Assembly: GCA_038230375.1 (NCBI GenBank)
Contig: JBBRNJ010000016.1
Location: forward strand, 32,001 to 96,000
Length of the DNA stretch: 64,000 bases
From: Polyangiales bacterium
GTDB taxonomy: Bacteria > Myxococcota_A > Polyangia > Polyangiales > Polyangiaceae
Direction of reading: 5' to 3'
Below the pieces are notes generated by a model. It was not told the origin of the DNA, ran no database searches, and saw only the letters and a program-made list of their open reading frames with translations. A program made the position numbers and the translations under genes. This document shows positions 17,956 through 30,175 of this stretch, piece after piece; positions within the stretch are counted from its first letter, which is position 1; each line of letters begins with the position of its first letter.

Positions 17956-19227
17956 TCAGCCGCGCCAGTCCTTGTTCGGCGTGCCCGCAATGAAGCGCGC
18001 GGGGTCGCGATGGACCAACGCGGCAGCGACGGAACAGAACGTCTTCGACTTGCTCGGCAGCCTTCTGGCCTTGCCGCGCTCAGCTGATGCGGGACCACTC
18101 ACGTGCTCGAAGCGGTCGGTTGCGACGACGAGCACGGGCGCGCGGAGACCAAGCACCTTCCTTGCGAGTGGGCGTGCGTCGGACCAGAACGCGCCGGGAT
18201 CGCGGCAGAGGCGGGCCCTCACGGCGAGCACAGCGGTCCAGTCCGTAACCTTCGTCGTGCGTGTGCGCTTCGGGACCAGCCCGAGCTTCGAGAGGAGTGC
18301 GTCCGTCATGGTGAACGGCGCCGTGCCCTTCGGCCCGATGACCTTGATGCCGTCGAACGATCGCGGGACCTCCGACGACGTGAGCGCAAAGCCCTTTGGC
18401 AGCACGCGCCGGATTCCGATGGGCCGCGCGTCCTCCAGGTACCGTCCGCCAGAGGGGACCTTCGATCCGTAGCGGTACTGCTGGATGGTGGCGGGCCAAC
18501 GATATTCCTCGCCCGGACCGTTCAGCAGATCGCCCTGAACGACCTCGATGAGCACGCCCCAGTCGTCGCCCGTCTTCTCGCGCGCTGCGATGATGCGCAT
18601 CGCGTGCCGCTCGAAGTGCCCAGCCCCGCTCTCGAGGCGCGGCCATGGCATGGGTGAGTCTTCCTCCGCGGACGCGGCGTCATCGAGCAGCTGCAGGATC
18701 CCTGCTTCGTCGAGCGTCGTCGTCGGCCGGTTGGGGACGCCGTGCGTTCGTTGCCAGGTACGGATGCGCTCCTTGTCTTCCTGAGGACGGGTACGGATGC
18801 GCGCGAGCACGTCGAGCGCTCCCTTGTTCGAGATTCCCAGCAAGCACGGAACGACACACCAAGGGCTCGAGTCGAGCGTGCCCGTGTCATCGACCCGGCT
18901 CGCGAGCCACGGCAGGATGGCGTCACCGTAGCGCTCGAGCGGCGCGATGTTGTCGAAGCCGCGAGGACTGAACTTCCACACGAGGCGGCTCGCTTCCTTC
19001 ACGAACTCACCCGCGTCCGCGAGCGAGAGGAGCGCCGCCCACAGAAAGTCGAAATCCGTCGGCTGCGAGACCTGGCCGTCGATCCGGTGCCACCCGCCAC
19101 GCGCCATCTCGCTCACGGCGCGAAGGCGCTTGCGAGCGTCCGCGAGCGGAATGAGGCCTCGAGCATCGCGCTCGAGCCCGAGATCACGCATCGCCGACTC
19201 CACCCACGGCCCAACCTTCGCCATCAC
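17956..19227 (-). CDS. Hypothetical protein
   Basis: 423-aa ORF with coding-like codon use; TATGCT 5 nt upstream of GTG. Confidence 0.7.
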   Translation of the reverse strand: MMAKVGPWVESAMRDLGLERDARGLIPLADARKRLRAVSEMARGGWHRIDGQVSQPTDFDFLWAALLSLADAGEFVKEASRLVWKFSPRGFDNIAPLERYGDAILPWLASRVDDTGTLDSSPWCVVPCLLGISNKGALDVLARIRTRPQEDKERIRTWQRTHGVPNRPTTTLDEAGILQLLDDAASAEEDSPMPWPRLESGAGHFERHAMRIIAAREKTGDDWGVLIEVVQGDLLNGPGEEYRWPATIQQYRYGSKVPSGGRYLEDARPIGIRRVLPKGFALTSSEVPRSFDGIKVIGPKGTAPFTMTDALLSKLGLVPKRTRTTKVTDWTAVLAVRARLCRDPGAFWSDARPLARKVLGLRAPVLVVATDRFEHVSGPASAERGKARRLPSKSKTFCSVAAALVHRDPARFIAGTPNKDWRG

Positions 19228-19275
19228 CGCGCAGCATACCCGGAGCTACCCCCCGTTTTTCTCGCCTTTCTAGCG

Positions 19276-19304
19276 TTGACCCCCGGGAAAAACCCGGTGA
19301 TGAT
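19276..19304 (+). promoter_or_regulatory. Putative sigma70 promoter for infC
   Basis: TTGACC-17 nt-GATGAT. Confidence 0.45.
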
Positions 19305-19363
19305 GGCGCCGCGCGTGGCACAGCCCCGCTTTTCTCTAATATTTGGAAGGTTAGTTTCTACAC

Positions 19364-20108
<745 letters not shown>

Positions 20109-20137
<29 letters not shown>

Positions 20138-22139
20138 CGTCTCCAGTCGTCCTGGGCGTCTTCGGTTCGCAAGCCGGGGACTCCTCGCTGCTGCGCTGAC
20201 CTTCGGGGTCTTCGCGGCGGCAGGGGAGCATCCGGCGTTCGCCGCGCTCACGTCCAGCGAGCAGGCGCAGATCCGTGACTTCTACCGCGCCGGCGCGAAG
20301 AACCAGTCGGATCGCATCCGCTCGCTGGTCGCGCGCCCCGACCTGTCCGCCGCCGAGTCCGCGGATGCCCTCCGCGACGCCGTGGGCTCGGTGCCGTTCA
20401 CGCCTGAGCGCGCAGCTGTCCTTCGTGAGGTTGCGTTCGCTCCCGCCGCGGAGGCCTCGCGACAGGTCCTCTTGCCCGCAATCATGCGTGCGCTGCTCAC
20501 CCGCGCGGACAACGTGCTCGGTCGCCTTGCCAACGCGGAAGACGCGCGCGCCACCGACGAGCTTGTCTTTCTCTACTCGTTCCTCGTGCGCGAGATCGCG
20601 GAAGCACCCGACGCGAAGGTCACGCGCGCGGCCCGCGATGAGTGCGCAAAGGCGGTCCTGGAGCACATCGAGAAGAACCCAAAGCACCTGCGCGTGGACG
20701 GCGGCGCCACGGCGCTCGCGAGCATGCGCGGGCAGGCGAACGTCCTCTATTTCGAGATGCTGCCCGAAGGTCCGACAAAGCGCCTCGACGCCGCCGACAA
20801 GCTCGGGCTTCGCGGCGCGCGCCGCCAGATGTTGCTCGAGTGGGGCTTGCTCGTTCTCGACGGCAAGGGCGCCGACGAAGCAAAGCTCGTTGCCCTTCGC
20901 TCCGTGCTCGTCAGCATGCAGGGCGCACGCACGGACATCTCACTCATCGTCCTTGGCGACAAGAGCACGCGGGCGGTTGCTCGCGGGCGCACGCTCGGGC
21001 TCGTCTCGGACCTTGTCACGCCTCCGCCCAGCTTCTGGGGCGAAGAGGTGGACGCTGGCGACGGCTCCGCGCTCACCGGTCTCATCGGCGAGCTCGCGAA
21101 GAGCGCCACGGCGCGCGCGCTACAGAATCGCGGTGAGCTGCGCACGCTCGCCGAGCGGGATGTCGCGCTCACGGACAAGGACAGGCCGTTCGGACGTCCG
21201 CTCGACGCCTCGCTCGAGGGGCAGATCGGCGCTGCCGTGCAGCTGCTCCTGGTGGACGCCACGCGCGCGTTCGACTGGGCGCTCGCGCGCTTCCTCTCCG
21301 CAAAGCCGGAGTCCGCCGCCATCCTCAGCGACGCGCTCGGGGTGCTCGCGGCGCTGTCGCCTCCGCACGCCGGTCAAGAGCTCACGCTGTCACTGGGGAA
21401 GCCCGGCAGCTCTCCCATGCCGGACGTCGCGGCCGCCTCTGGCGTGCGCCTCCTGCCCAACGGCGCAGTGTCCGCGATCACGTTCGGCGGTCACGCATGG
21501 ACCTTCGAGCGCGACGAGGTCACGTTCGCGGTGCGCGGCATCCGCCGTGACGGCCAGCCCGTGAACCTGGGCATGCTGTCTTCCGCGCGTCTGGCCATGA
21601 CGGAGACCTCCACATGGAGCTATGGCGGCGTCGCGTTCGCGAAGCTGCTCGGAACACCGCGCGCGGGCATGGGACCTGGCCCGCACATCAGGCTCGAAGC
21701 GCAATCGCAGACGGACGTGATCGCCACGCCGGCGCCCGGCAACGACTTCGTCATCGAGTGCGAGCTCTCTGTGGACGGTGGCGAAGGTGGCATTGGCTTC
21801 CGGGCGCGCACCCTCCGCGACACGCGCAGCAAGGCGCCCACGGAGTATCTCTTCGGCGGCCTCGTTGCCCTTGTTCCGGATGTCGACAATCCGCGCGTCG
21901 CGCTCGTCACCGCGGAGGAGCTCCGTCATCAGGCGTACATGTCCGCGCCAGCGTACGGTCCGTTCGCGGGCCCCATGCACGTGCGCATCCAGGTGAAGGG
22001 AACCAAGGTCGACGCACGCGTCGGCAACGCAACCTTCCATGGCACGCTCCCGCACACGATGGATGCAGGGAGCATCGTGCTCTACGGCCGTCGCGGAGCC
22101 AAGGTGGAAGTGCTCTCGTTCACCGTGAAGAAGCTGTAG
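20109..22139 (+). CDS. Secreted hypothetical protein; C-terminus looks like a beta-sandwich (ConA/DUF1080-like)
   Basis: Long ORF with a signal peptide ending AFA; start position uncertain. Confidence 0.65.
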
Positions 22140-22159
22140 CCAACGACCGCGCGTTGGCG

Positions 22160-22740
22160 CTACCGGGCATAGACCGCAAAGGGCCATCTCGCCGCTAGCT
22201 ACGAAATCCCATGCGTCGACGTAGCTGCCAAATCCCGAATACGAAAACGTCGAGCCGTGCTGCGGGAACGGGTCGCTCGCGGCCTCGGCAAGCTCGTGGG
22301 TCGCGGTCATCGTCAAGGCGTCGAAATCACTCTGCGCACCTTGGCCCGTGGGGCACCGCGCCATCATCGCGTAGGCAAACGTGACGCCGCCCGAGGTCAT
22401 GTTGAGGTGATAGCCAGCGATCGCCTGACAGCTGACCAGCGCGTCGAGCGAGAAGGTCGTGCTCGCGGGTGCGTAGATCATGTAGAGCGTGCTTGGTGTG
22501 GGCGCGGGGAATGTCCCCTTCTTGATGTTCGCGTCGATCATGGTCTGGATCGACGAGGCACCGCCGGTGACCGAGTCCGTGTAGCTCTGCGCGAGCGCGC
22601 TCGAAGGCAGATGGACCGTGGGCCTTGTGGCGTGCGGGGTCGCCCGACCGATGCAGCTGCCCTTTGTGTCGCAGTACCCGACGCGGACGGTGTCCCTCCA
22701 GGTGCTGGTGCCGATGGTGCTGTCGAAGGGCGGAGACCAG
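22160..22740 (-). pseudogene. Truncated paralog of the 11839-13149 lipoprotein family
   Basis: LYMIYAP...GYH...AYAMMARC...ATHELAEAASDP matches the paralog; no signal peptide, an in-frame TGA upstream, and similarity lost after the GEM..C motif. Confidence 0.65.
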
Positions 22741-22922
22741 GCGAAACGGCTCGCTGGCCTTGAATTGGATCAGGAAACCCGCACAAAAACGGGTGTGATC
22801 GCGCGGATCGCAGGATCGAAGAGACGCCGCGCGGCAGTCCATGACTCAGCCCGCAGCCGTCGCCTGGAAGCGACGTCCCGGCCACCCGCGACGCCCGACC
22901 TTTGGTGCTATCCTGAAGGGGC

Positions 22923-24158
22923 GTGCGACCGTCCTTCATCCTCATGCGCGGTCCACTCGCGGTCGCATTCATGGTCGCGGCGTTCGTCGCGTGCGACACG
23001 AGCTACTCCGTCAACGGTGACAATGCCGGCGCCGATGGCGGTCGCGGCGGCAGCGGCCATGACGGCGCGAGCACGGGTGATGGAGCCGCGAGCGGTGATG
23101 ATGGCAGCGCGAGCGAATTCGACGCCAATCTCCCCCCCATCGATTGGCCGTCCGATTTCCCCACGCACTTCCCCGGACTGAAGCCGCCCGCGCCGCTCAC
23201 GGACCTGGGTCAGGTCTGCGCGGTCGACACAACGGCGCTCACATACAAGCCGTGCAACTCGACAACGTCGAAGACTTCGCCAAACCTGTTCGCGCTCCCG
23301 GCGGGGAACGTGGCAGCGTTCTTCTTCGACACGGCCATCTTCGGCTCCAACGTGCGCGTGACCGGGACGCGCGGGCTCGTGATCGTCGTCGGGCGGAGCA
23401 CCATCATCACTGGCGGCGTGGACGCCAGCGCCAACCTCTCCATCAGCGGTCCGGGCGGCGACGCGCTGCAGCCGACGACGGGCCAGGGGAAGCCTGCGGA
23501 CCCCGGCGGCGATCAGAACGGCGGCGGTGGCGCTGGCCACGCGACCAAGGGTGCAGATGGCGCGTTCTCGACGGCAGGCACCGTCACGACCAACCGCGGC
23601 GTCGGTGGGGCCGCGTACTCTGACAACGCGCAGTTCGTGGGAGGCGCACGCGGCGGCGCGGGCAACTACATGGGAATGGGCTGCGGCAGCGGCGGGGGCG
23701 CTGGGGGCGCGCTGCAGATCTCGTCGCTCGGCTCCATGTCGATCGCGGGCAACGTGCTCGCTGGTGGCGGTGGCGGTGGCGGCGGCTGCTTTTCGGGCGG
23801 GAGCGGCCACGGCGGCGCTGGCGGCGGCTCGGGGGGGCTTGTCTACCTCGAGTCGCGCATGTCGGTCAGCGTTCAGGGCGCCATTGCAGCGAATGGCGGC
23901 GGCGGCGGCGGCGGGCCCAACGGCCAGACCAATGGACCTGCAGGACAGGACGGACAGGCGAGCTCCACGCCTGCGTTCGGCGGCGGGAGCTCCGGTACCG
24001 GTGGCGGTGGTGGCGCGGGAGGTGCGGCGGCAGGGCCCACAACGCCAGCGGGTGGTCTCAATGCCGGTGGTGGCGGCGGCGCAGCCGGGCAGATCTTCAT
24101 CTTCGCTCCGACGATCACGACCACCGGCACGATCAGCCCCAACGCGACCATGATGTAG
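22923..24158 (+). CDS. Glycine-rich secreted lipoprotein
   Basis: Lipobox FVAC; repeated GGGGGxGG.I.I motifs. Confidence 0.75.
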   Translation: MRPSFILMRGPLAVAFMVAAFVACDTSYSVNGDNAGADGGRGGSGHDGASTGDGAASGDDGSASEFDANLPPIDWPSDFPTHFPGLKPPAPLTDLGQVCAVDTTALTYKPCNSTTSKTSPNLFALPAGNVAAFFFDTAIFGSNVRVTGTRGLVIVVGRSTIITGGVDASANLSISGPGGDALQPTTGQGKPADPGGDQNGGGGAGHATKGADGAFSTAGTVTTNRGVGGAAYSDNAQFVGGARGGAGNYMGMGCGSGGGAGGALQISSLGSMSIAGNVLAGGGGGGGGCFSGGSGHGGAGGGSGGLVYLESRMSVSVQGAIAANGGGGGGGPNGQTNGPAGQDGQASSTPAFGGGSSGTGGGGGAGGAAAGPTTPAGGLNAGGGGGAAGQIFIFAPTITTTGTISPNATMM

Positions 24159-24165
24159 AACTGAA

Positions 24166-25953
24166 TCAGTTCATCTCGCGCGCGAGAATATCCAGCGGCA
24201 ACGCGCCGTGCTCCAGGAGCTGGTCGTGGAACTTGCGCTCGTCGAACTTCGGACCGAGCGCCGACTCGTGCTTCTTGCGTAGCTCCTTGATCGTGAGCTC
24301 GCCCATCTTGTACGCGAGTGCCTGCCCCGGCCAGGTGATGTAGCGATCGATCTCGTTCTCGATCTCGAGCTTCTGCTTCGGCGCGTTCTCCATGAAGAAG
24401 TCGATCGCCTGTTGCCGTGGCCAGTGCTTGTCGTGGATGCCCGTGTCCACCACCAGGCGCACGGCGCGCCACATCTCGTAGGTGAGCTGCCCGAACTTCG
24501 CGTACGGGTCGTCGTACATGCCGATCTCGTCGCCAAGGCTCTCCGCATAGAGCGCCCAGCCCTCCACGTAGGCGGTCGTGTAGTCACCAAAGCGCCTGAA
24601 TTTAGGCAGATCCGTCTGCTCGTTCGCGAGCGCCAGCTGGAGGTGATGGCCCGGCACGGCCTCGTGCATCGTGAGCGCGACCATCTCCCACGTGGGGCGC
24701 GTCTCCGGTTTGTACAGGTTCACGAAGTACGTGCCGCCGCGCGTGCCGTCCGCAGCGGGCTCGCGGTAGTAGGCCGTCGTCGTATCCGGCGCGGCCACGT
24801 CCGGGATGGGCGAGACACCGTATGGCGTGCGCGGCAGCTTCCCGAACAGCTTCACCAGGTGCGGGTCCACGCGCTTCGCGACGTCGCGGTATGCCGTGAG
24901 GAGCGCCTCCTTCGACGTGAGGAAGAAGCGCGGGTCGGTGCGCAGGAACTGGAAGTACTCCTTCATGGAGCCAGCGAAGCCGGTCTTCTGTTTCACGCGC
25001 TCCATCTCTGCGCGGATGCGCGCGACCTCGGACAGGCCGAGCGCGTGGATCTCCTCCGGGGTCTTGTTCGTGGTCGTGTGGCGTCGCACGGCGAACGCAT
25101 AGAGCGCCTTGCCGTTCGGCAGCGCCCACACGCCCACGTCGTCCTTGCATGCGGGCAGATAGGTGGACGTGATGAACTGGTCGAGCTCCTGGAACGCCGG
25201 CACCACGCTCGCCATGATCGCGCGCTTCGCGTCCTCCCTGAGGTGCGCGCGCTCGGCCGCGGGCATGGCCTCCGGCATGTGCGCGTACGGGGCAAAGAAT
25301 GGACTCTTCTCTGCGTCCGTCACGATCTGCTTCTTGAGCTGCGCGGGCACGCGGGCCATGACGACCTTCGGGTGGGTCACGCCAAGGCGCACGCCCTCAC
25401 GCAGCAGCTCGAGGACGCCCTTCATGTACGTCGGGAAGGCGCGAAGGCGTGCGTTCCAGTCCTCGAAGCTCTTTGCGTCGTTCCACTGCAGTGAGTCACC
25501 GAGCTCGTCGGCGGTCTGGATGCCGCCGCGGTGATCGACCGGGAGCAGCTCGAAGTGGAACGGCGCTGCCTCCACCGCGAGCGCGTACCTCCGCACGAAC
25601 AGCTCGTGCGAGAGCCGCGCGTCCGTGGGAAGGAGCTTCGCGTCGATCCTTCGCGCGCGCTCGAGCACCTCGCGATCGTGAGCCTGGCGACGCGAGACGG
25701 CGGCGAGCGAGGTCTCGTCCCAGCGATCGTTGTAGCGAAGGTCGCCGAGCTCGGACGCCCACGTAGGGGAGTCCTTCATCGCGTACTCCCACTCCTCATC
25801 GAACAGCTTACGTAACTCGTGCCCAGCGTTGCTCTCGGCCGCAAGGTCACCGGTACAGGCACCAGGAACGGGAGACTTCACGTTCGCACGCTCGGTCTCG
25901 CCACCACAGGCCACGACCGCAGAGAGGGCAAGCAAGGAGAACAGCCGGCGCAT
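24166..25953 (-). CDS. DUF885 family lipoprotein (putative metallopeptidase)
   Basis: HEAVPGHHLQ, AYVEGWALYAE, RAVRLVVDTGIH and EIDRY..WPGQA. Confidence 0.92.
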   Translation of the reverse strand: MRRLFSLLALSAVVACGGETERANVKSPVPGACTGDLAAESNAGHELRKLFDEEWEYAMKDSPTWASELGDLRYNDRWDETSLAAVSRRQAHDREVLERARRIDAKLLPTDARLSHELFVRRYALAVEAAPFHFELLPVDHRGGIQTADELGDSLQWNDAKSFEDWNARLRAFPTYMKGVLELLREGVRLGVTHPKVVMARVPAQLKKQIVTDAEKSPFFAPYAHMPEAMPAAERAHLREDAKRAIMASVVPAFQELDQFITSTYLPACKDDVGVWALPNGKALYAFAVRRHTTTNKTPEEIHALGLSEVARIRAEMERVKQKTGFAGSMKEYFQFLRTDPRFFLTSKEALLTAYRDVAKRVDPHLVKLFGKLPRTPYGVSPIPDVAAPDTTTAYYREPAADGTRGGTYFVNLYKPETRPTWEMVALTMHEAVPGHHLQLALANEQTDLPKFRRFGDYTTAYVEGWALYAESLGDEIGMYDDPYAKFGQLTYEMWRAVRLVVDTGIHDKHWPRQQAIDFFMENAPKQKLEIENEIDRYITWPGQALAYKMGELTIKELRKKHESALGPKFDERKFHDQLLEHGALPLDILAREMN

Positions 25954-25966
25954 GCGTTGCACTCTA

Positions 25967-26200
25967 GGTCGAGGTGGAGGTCGAGGTCGAGGTCGGGGTC
26001 GGGGTCGGGGTCGAGGTCGAGGTCGAGGTCGAGGTCGGGGTCGAGGTCAGGGTCGAGGTCGAGGTCGAGGTCGAGGTCGAGGTCGAGGTCGAGGTGGAGG
26101 TCGAGGTCGAGGTCGAGGTCGAGGTCGAGGTCGAGGTCGAGGTCGGGGTCGAGGTCGGGGTCGTCGTCGTCGTCGAAGTCGTTGTCGAAGTCGTTGTCGT
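25967..26200. repeat. Long (GTCGAG)n array in a divergent intergenic spacer
   Basis: More than 30 consecutive GTCGAG/GTCGGG/GTGGAG units. Confidence 0.95.
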
Positions 26201-26249
26201 TGCGTCGGAAATTGGGCCCTCGCCTCCGCTGGGTGCGATAACCTCCTAC

Positions 26250-27635
26250 ATGCCCTCGTCCCCCGTGTTTTTCGCTGCGATCGTGCTTGGTGCGGCGATC
26301 AGCGTCGGGTGCTCGCAGAAGGCTCCCGCACAGGATGCACCCTCCGACCCGCTCGGAGATCTCGCAGGCCCCGCGTCTCCGAACATCGAGCTTCCTCCTC
26401 GCTCGACCGCGACGACGCTCCGGGTCCTCATCGGCGGTGACGTGCTTCCGCATCGTCCGCGGCTCCTCGAGCCCGCGCGCATCCACGCGGCGCTCGAGCC
26501 GCTCGCGCCGTTCTTCCAGTCTTCGGACGCCGTGGTCGTGAACTTCGAGGCCGCGACCGGCGATCCGGATCACGCGACCAAGATGGCGTACGTCGCGCCG
26601 CCGGAGTGGCTCGGTGCGCTGAAGGAGAGCGGCGTGACGGCGATCACGGCGGCCAACAACCACTCGTGCGACATGGGTCAGATGGGCGTGCGCACAACGC
26701 TCGCGTCGTCCAGTGCCGCGGGCCTCACCGCCATCGGCGTGGACTCCGCGAGCGCTCCGTTCACGTATCGCGTGATCGCGGAGAAGAACGGCAAGAAGGT
26801 CTGCGCGGTCGCGTGGACGAACCTGATGAACTCGCACTCGTGCGACGGCTCCACGCTCGTCGCATACGCGCCCGCCACGCGCCGCGGCACCGCACAGATC
26901 GTCTCAGCTGTGACCAAGGCGCGCGAGAGCTGCGATGCGGTCATCGCGATCTTCCACGGCGGGGCCGAGTATGCCCCGCAGACGGAGGCCATGATGGCGC
27001 AGGCGATGCGCGCCGCCGATGCAGGCGCGGATGCGGTGATCATGCATCACCCGCACATCGTGTCGCCGATGACGAAGCACACGACGAAGGATGGGCGCAC
27101 GGTCCCCATCTTCGCGAGCCTCGGCAACCTGGTGACGAACCAGGGCGAGTCGTGGAAGCCGCCGATGTTCCCGGTGCTGCGCACGGACCGCCACCTGGTG
27201 TGCGTGAACGGCTGGACGCGGCTTGGCATGCTCGCGGACCTCGCGTTCTCGTTCTCGGGTACGCACAAGGCGCTCTCCTATGCGTCGCACCTGGTCTACA
27301 TCCAGAACGAGCACGCCAACGACAAGGCGGCGAAGATGCCCAAGATCGACGTGCGCATGCTCTCACCGGAGGGCGACAAGGACGTGATCGCACGGCTGCG
27401 CGACGACAAGGTCGGCCCAGTGCCGGTCTTCGATGACCCGTGCTGGTTCGAGGGCTCTGGCAAGCGCTGCGACGCAGACGTGGACGCGAAGACCAAGGCG
27501 GCTCCGAGCGATGACCCGATGGCCTCTGCAGGCCCGGACACGGACGAAGAGCCTGGTGCCGCGGGCTCGCCCCGCTCGCGCAGGTTGACAGCGGCTCACG
27601 TCTCGACCAGAACCAAGACGCACAAGAAGCCATGA
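26250..27635 (+). CDS. CapA/PgsA-family metallophosphoesterase lipoprotein
   Basis: [29 protein letters not shown] and SLGN. Confidence 0.88.
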   Translation: MPSSPVFFAAIVLGAAISVGCSQKAPAQDAPSDPLGDLAGPASPNIELPPRSTATTLRVLIGGDVLPHRPRLLEPARIHAALEPLAPFFQSSDAVVVNFEAATGDPDHATKMAYVAPPEWLGALKESGVTAITAANNHSCDMGQMGVRTTLASSSAAGLTAIGVDSASAPFTYRVIAEKNGKKVCAVAWTNLMNSHSCDGSTLVAYAPATRRGTAQIVSAVTKARESCDAVIAIFHGGAEYAPQTEAMMAQAMRAADAGADAVIMHHPHIVSPMTKHTTKDGRTVPIFASLGNLVTNQGESWKPPMFPVLRTDRHLVCVNGWTRLGMLADLAFSFSGTHKALSYASHLVYIQNEHANDKAAKMPKIDVRMLSPEGDKDVIARLRDDKVGPVPVFDDPCWFEGSGKRCDADVDAKTKAAPSDDPMASAGPDTDEEPGAAGSPRSRRLTAAHVSTRTKTHKKP

Positions 27636-28039
27636 CCGAGCAGAAGAAACTCCGCATCCTCGTCGCGAAGCCCGGCCTGGACGGCCACGACCGCGGCGCG
27701 AAGGTCGTTGCCCGCGCGCTCCGCGACGCCGGGTTCGAGGTCATCTACACGGGCCTCCACCAGACCCCCGAGATGATCGCGAACGCCGCCATCCAGGAGG
27801 ACGTCGACGCGGTCGGCCTGTCCATCATGAGTGGCGCGCACAACACGCTCTTCCCCGCGGTCATCCAGGCGCTCCGGGCCAAGGGCGTCGATGACATGGT
27901 GGTGTTCGGCGGCGGCATCATCCCCGACGGTGACATGCAGCCCCTGAAGGACGCCGGCGTGAAGGGCGTCTTCACGCCGGGCACGCGGCTCGACGAGATC
28001 ATCACCTGGGTGCAGACGAACGTCGCGCCGCGCGCGTGA
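27632..28039 (+). CDS. Cobalamin-binding subunit of an acyl-CoA mutase (MCM/ICM small subunit)
   Basis: [19 protein letters not shown] and GGIIP. Confidence 0.93.
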   Translation: MTEQKKLRILVAKPGLDGHDRGAKVVARALRDAGFEVIYTGLHQTPEMIANAAIQEDVDAVGLSIMSGAHNTLFPAVIQALRAKGVDDMVVFGGGIIPDGDMQPLKDAGVKGVFTPGTRLDEIITWVQTNVAPRA

Positions 28040-30162
28040 GGCTACTGCCCGCCGCGGTTCTCGTTGTGGCGGCAGCAACCGTCGTTGGCATCGCGTGCAG
28101 CCCGGCCGATGCGCCAGCCATTGCTCACACCGCGCCTGGCGCGAGCGCCGTCGCAGCGGCTGATGCAGGAGCACCTGCCCGGTTCTCGTTCACCGACGTG
28201 CAGGTCACTGGCGATCGCACCTGCGCGACGGGCAGCGATCACCTCGCATACCGGTGGGGTGAGGATCTCTCACCGCGTCCCGTCGCGGTGCCTGGCCTTC
28301 GCGCGGTCGTCGCCACGCGCTGCAGCGGTACCGAGGTGTGCGCGCTCGACAGGTACGGCGCGATCACGTGCGTCGGCAGATCGCAGCGGCGCGCAACGCA
28401 CGACGAACCCGATGGTCCGGACAAGATCACGGGACTGCCGCCTGCGTCTTCATTTGCTCTCAACGGCGAAGGCGGCTGCGCGATCGCATCTGGCGATCTC
28501 TGGTGCTGGCGCCACGCGCGCTTCACCGCGGACGATTTCCCCGTTGTAGAGCCCGTTCTTGGCATTCACGACGTGCTCACGATGCACACGAACTTCGCCG
28601 GCCACACCTGTGTGACGCGAAAGACGGGGGTGCCGCTCTGCGTGTCGCCGTTCCCGCAGCCACGTGCAGCGCCCTTCAAGAAGGGAGCAGGCGGCGCGGA
28701 CGTCGACGCGGGCCTTTCGCCGCTGAAACGCACCATCGTGGAGCTCGCGAAGTGGCCTGACGCGCGCGACGTGCTCCCGCTCAACGAAGACACGCTCCAT
28801 GTCTGCGCGATCCTCCAGAACGGATCGAGCACGTGCGACGGTGAAGGTGACGTCCCGGGCATCACGCTCGCGCGCGCCGTCGGCGACGGGCATGCCGCCT
28901 CGTTCTTCGACGCGACCGATGCGTTCGCGTGCGTGAGGCTGGACTCCGGCGAGGCACGGTGCGCGGCGGACTACTTCGAACAGAGCCACCTCGGACGCGT
29001 CGCGAGGACGCTCGGGCATCCGAGCGCCGTCTCGGTCGGTGAGGGGCACGCCTGCGCGATCGGCGCGGACGGCCTTGTGTGCTGGGGCAGCGCGAGCCGG
29101 GGACAGCTCGGTGACGGCACGCCGTACAATCACGCGCGTCCCGCGAAGGTCCCGAACATCAACGACGCCATGCGGCTCTCCGTGGGGCCAGAGCTCACGT
29201 GCGTGATCCACAAGGACGGCGCGCTGTCCTGCTGGGGCGCGTGGCGGGACGACAGCTCGGTGCGCTCGCGCGCGTCAGAACAGTTCACGCCTGTGCGCAT
29301 CACGCCGCCGTTTGCAGCGAGCAACGTGTTCGTGGGGTCGCGCCTCTCCAACGTGCTGTGCGCGATGGGGCCCGCGGGTGCGTCGTGTCTCATGGGCGCG
29401 GACTGGATGCCGGTCACGTTGCCGCATCGAAAGATCAAGGGGATCGTCAACGGCGCCGTCGTGACGGACGACAACCGCGCATTCGGCTTCGGCTGGGAGG
29501 GCGGGCGCATTGTCACCGAGCCGGAGGACTTCGAGAAGGCCGGTATTCGAATCGCAAGCGTCGCGCCGGATGACTACTGCGGCGTGACCCAAGACGGCGA
29601 CGTGGTGTGTGGCCATTGCGGCGGGTGCAACGGAGCCGAGGCCAAGAAGGTGATGACACGCATCCACGGCACGCAGCCGTTCGTGGAGGTGACCTCGCTG
29701 CTCGCGCCGCCGAGCGTGTTCAATCAGGTCGTCTGCGCGCGGACGGCCTCCGGGACGGCAGAGTGCTACACGGGCGCAAACCTTCCGTGGGGTCGCTCGA
29801 CCGACCTGAAACGAACCTGGGAACCAGAGCTCGCTGCGCAGCATGATCTCGTGCAGATCTCCGCATATCACGGGTCTGGCAACGACAACTTGCTCTGCAC
29901 GCTCGACAAGCAGGGCGCGGTCCGCTGCCTTGGTGACGACAACCACGGGCAGCGCGGCGCGCGTCAGAAGGGCAGCACGGAGCTCATGCCCGTCGTCATG
30001 GATCTTCCGCCGGTGGTGGAGATCGGGACCGCAGCGGACCATGCGTGCGCGCGCACCGCGGGCGGTGATGTCTACTGCTGGGGCTCCAACGAGCGCGGCG
30101 GTGCGCCGGACGGTGCGCCCGGCCTGCGCGAAGCCCCCGTGAAGGTCGCGCCTCCCGGCTGA
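28036..30162 (+). CDS. RCC1-repeat lipoprotein
   Basis: Repeated HACA...CWG...GQLG motifs. Confidence 0.85.
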   Translation: MRLLPAAVLVVAAATVVGIACSPADAPAIAHTAPGASAVAAADAGAPARFSFTDVQVTGDRTCATGSDHLAYRWGEDLSPRPVAVPGLRAVVATRCSGTEVCALDRYGAITCVGRSQRRATHDEPDGPDKITGLPPASSFALNGEGGCAIASGDLWCWRHARFTADDFPVVEPVLGIHDVLTMHTNFAGHTCVTRKTGVPLCVSPFPQPRAAPFKKGAGGADVDAGLSPLKRTIVELAKWPDARDVLPLNEDTLHVCAILQNGSSTCDGEGDVPGITLARAVGDGHAASFFDATDAFACVRLDSGEARCAADYFEQSHLGRVARTLGHPSAVSVGEGHACAIGADGLVCWGSASRGQLGDGTPYNHARPAKVPNINDAMRLSVGPELTCVIHKDGALSCWGAWRDDSSVRSRASEQFTPVRITPPFAASNVFVGSRLSNVLCAMGPAGASCLMGADWMPVTLPHRKIKGIVNGAVVTDDNRAFGFGWEGGRIVTEPEDFEKAGIRIASVAPDDYCGVTQDGDVVCGHCGGCNGAEAKKVMTRIHGTQPFVEVTSLLAPPSVFNQVVCARTASGTAECYTGANLPWGRSTDLKRTWEPELAAQHDLVQISAYHGSGNDNLLCTLDKQGAVRCLGDDNHGQRGARQKGSTELMPVVMDLPPVVEIGTAADHACARTAGGDVYCWGSNERGGAPDGAPGLREAPVKVAPPG

Positions 30163-30175
30163 GGCTTGCAGAGGT

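Noticed and set aside
25967..26200. Hexamer arrays as a CRISPR array or as a poly-VE N-terminus of the CapA protein
   Set aside because: There are no unique spacers or cas genes, and the signal peptide begins at ATG 26250.
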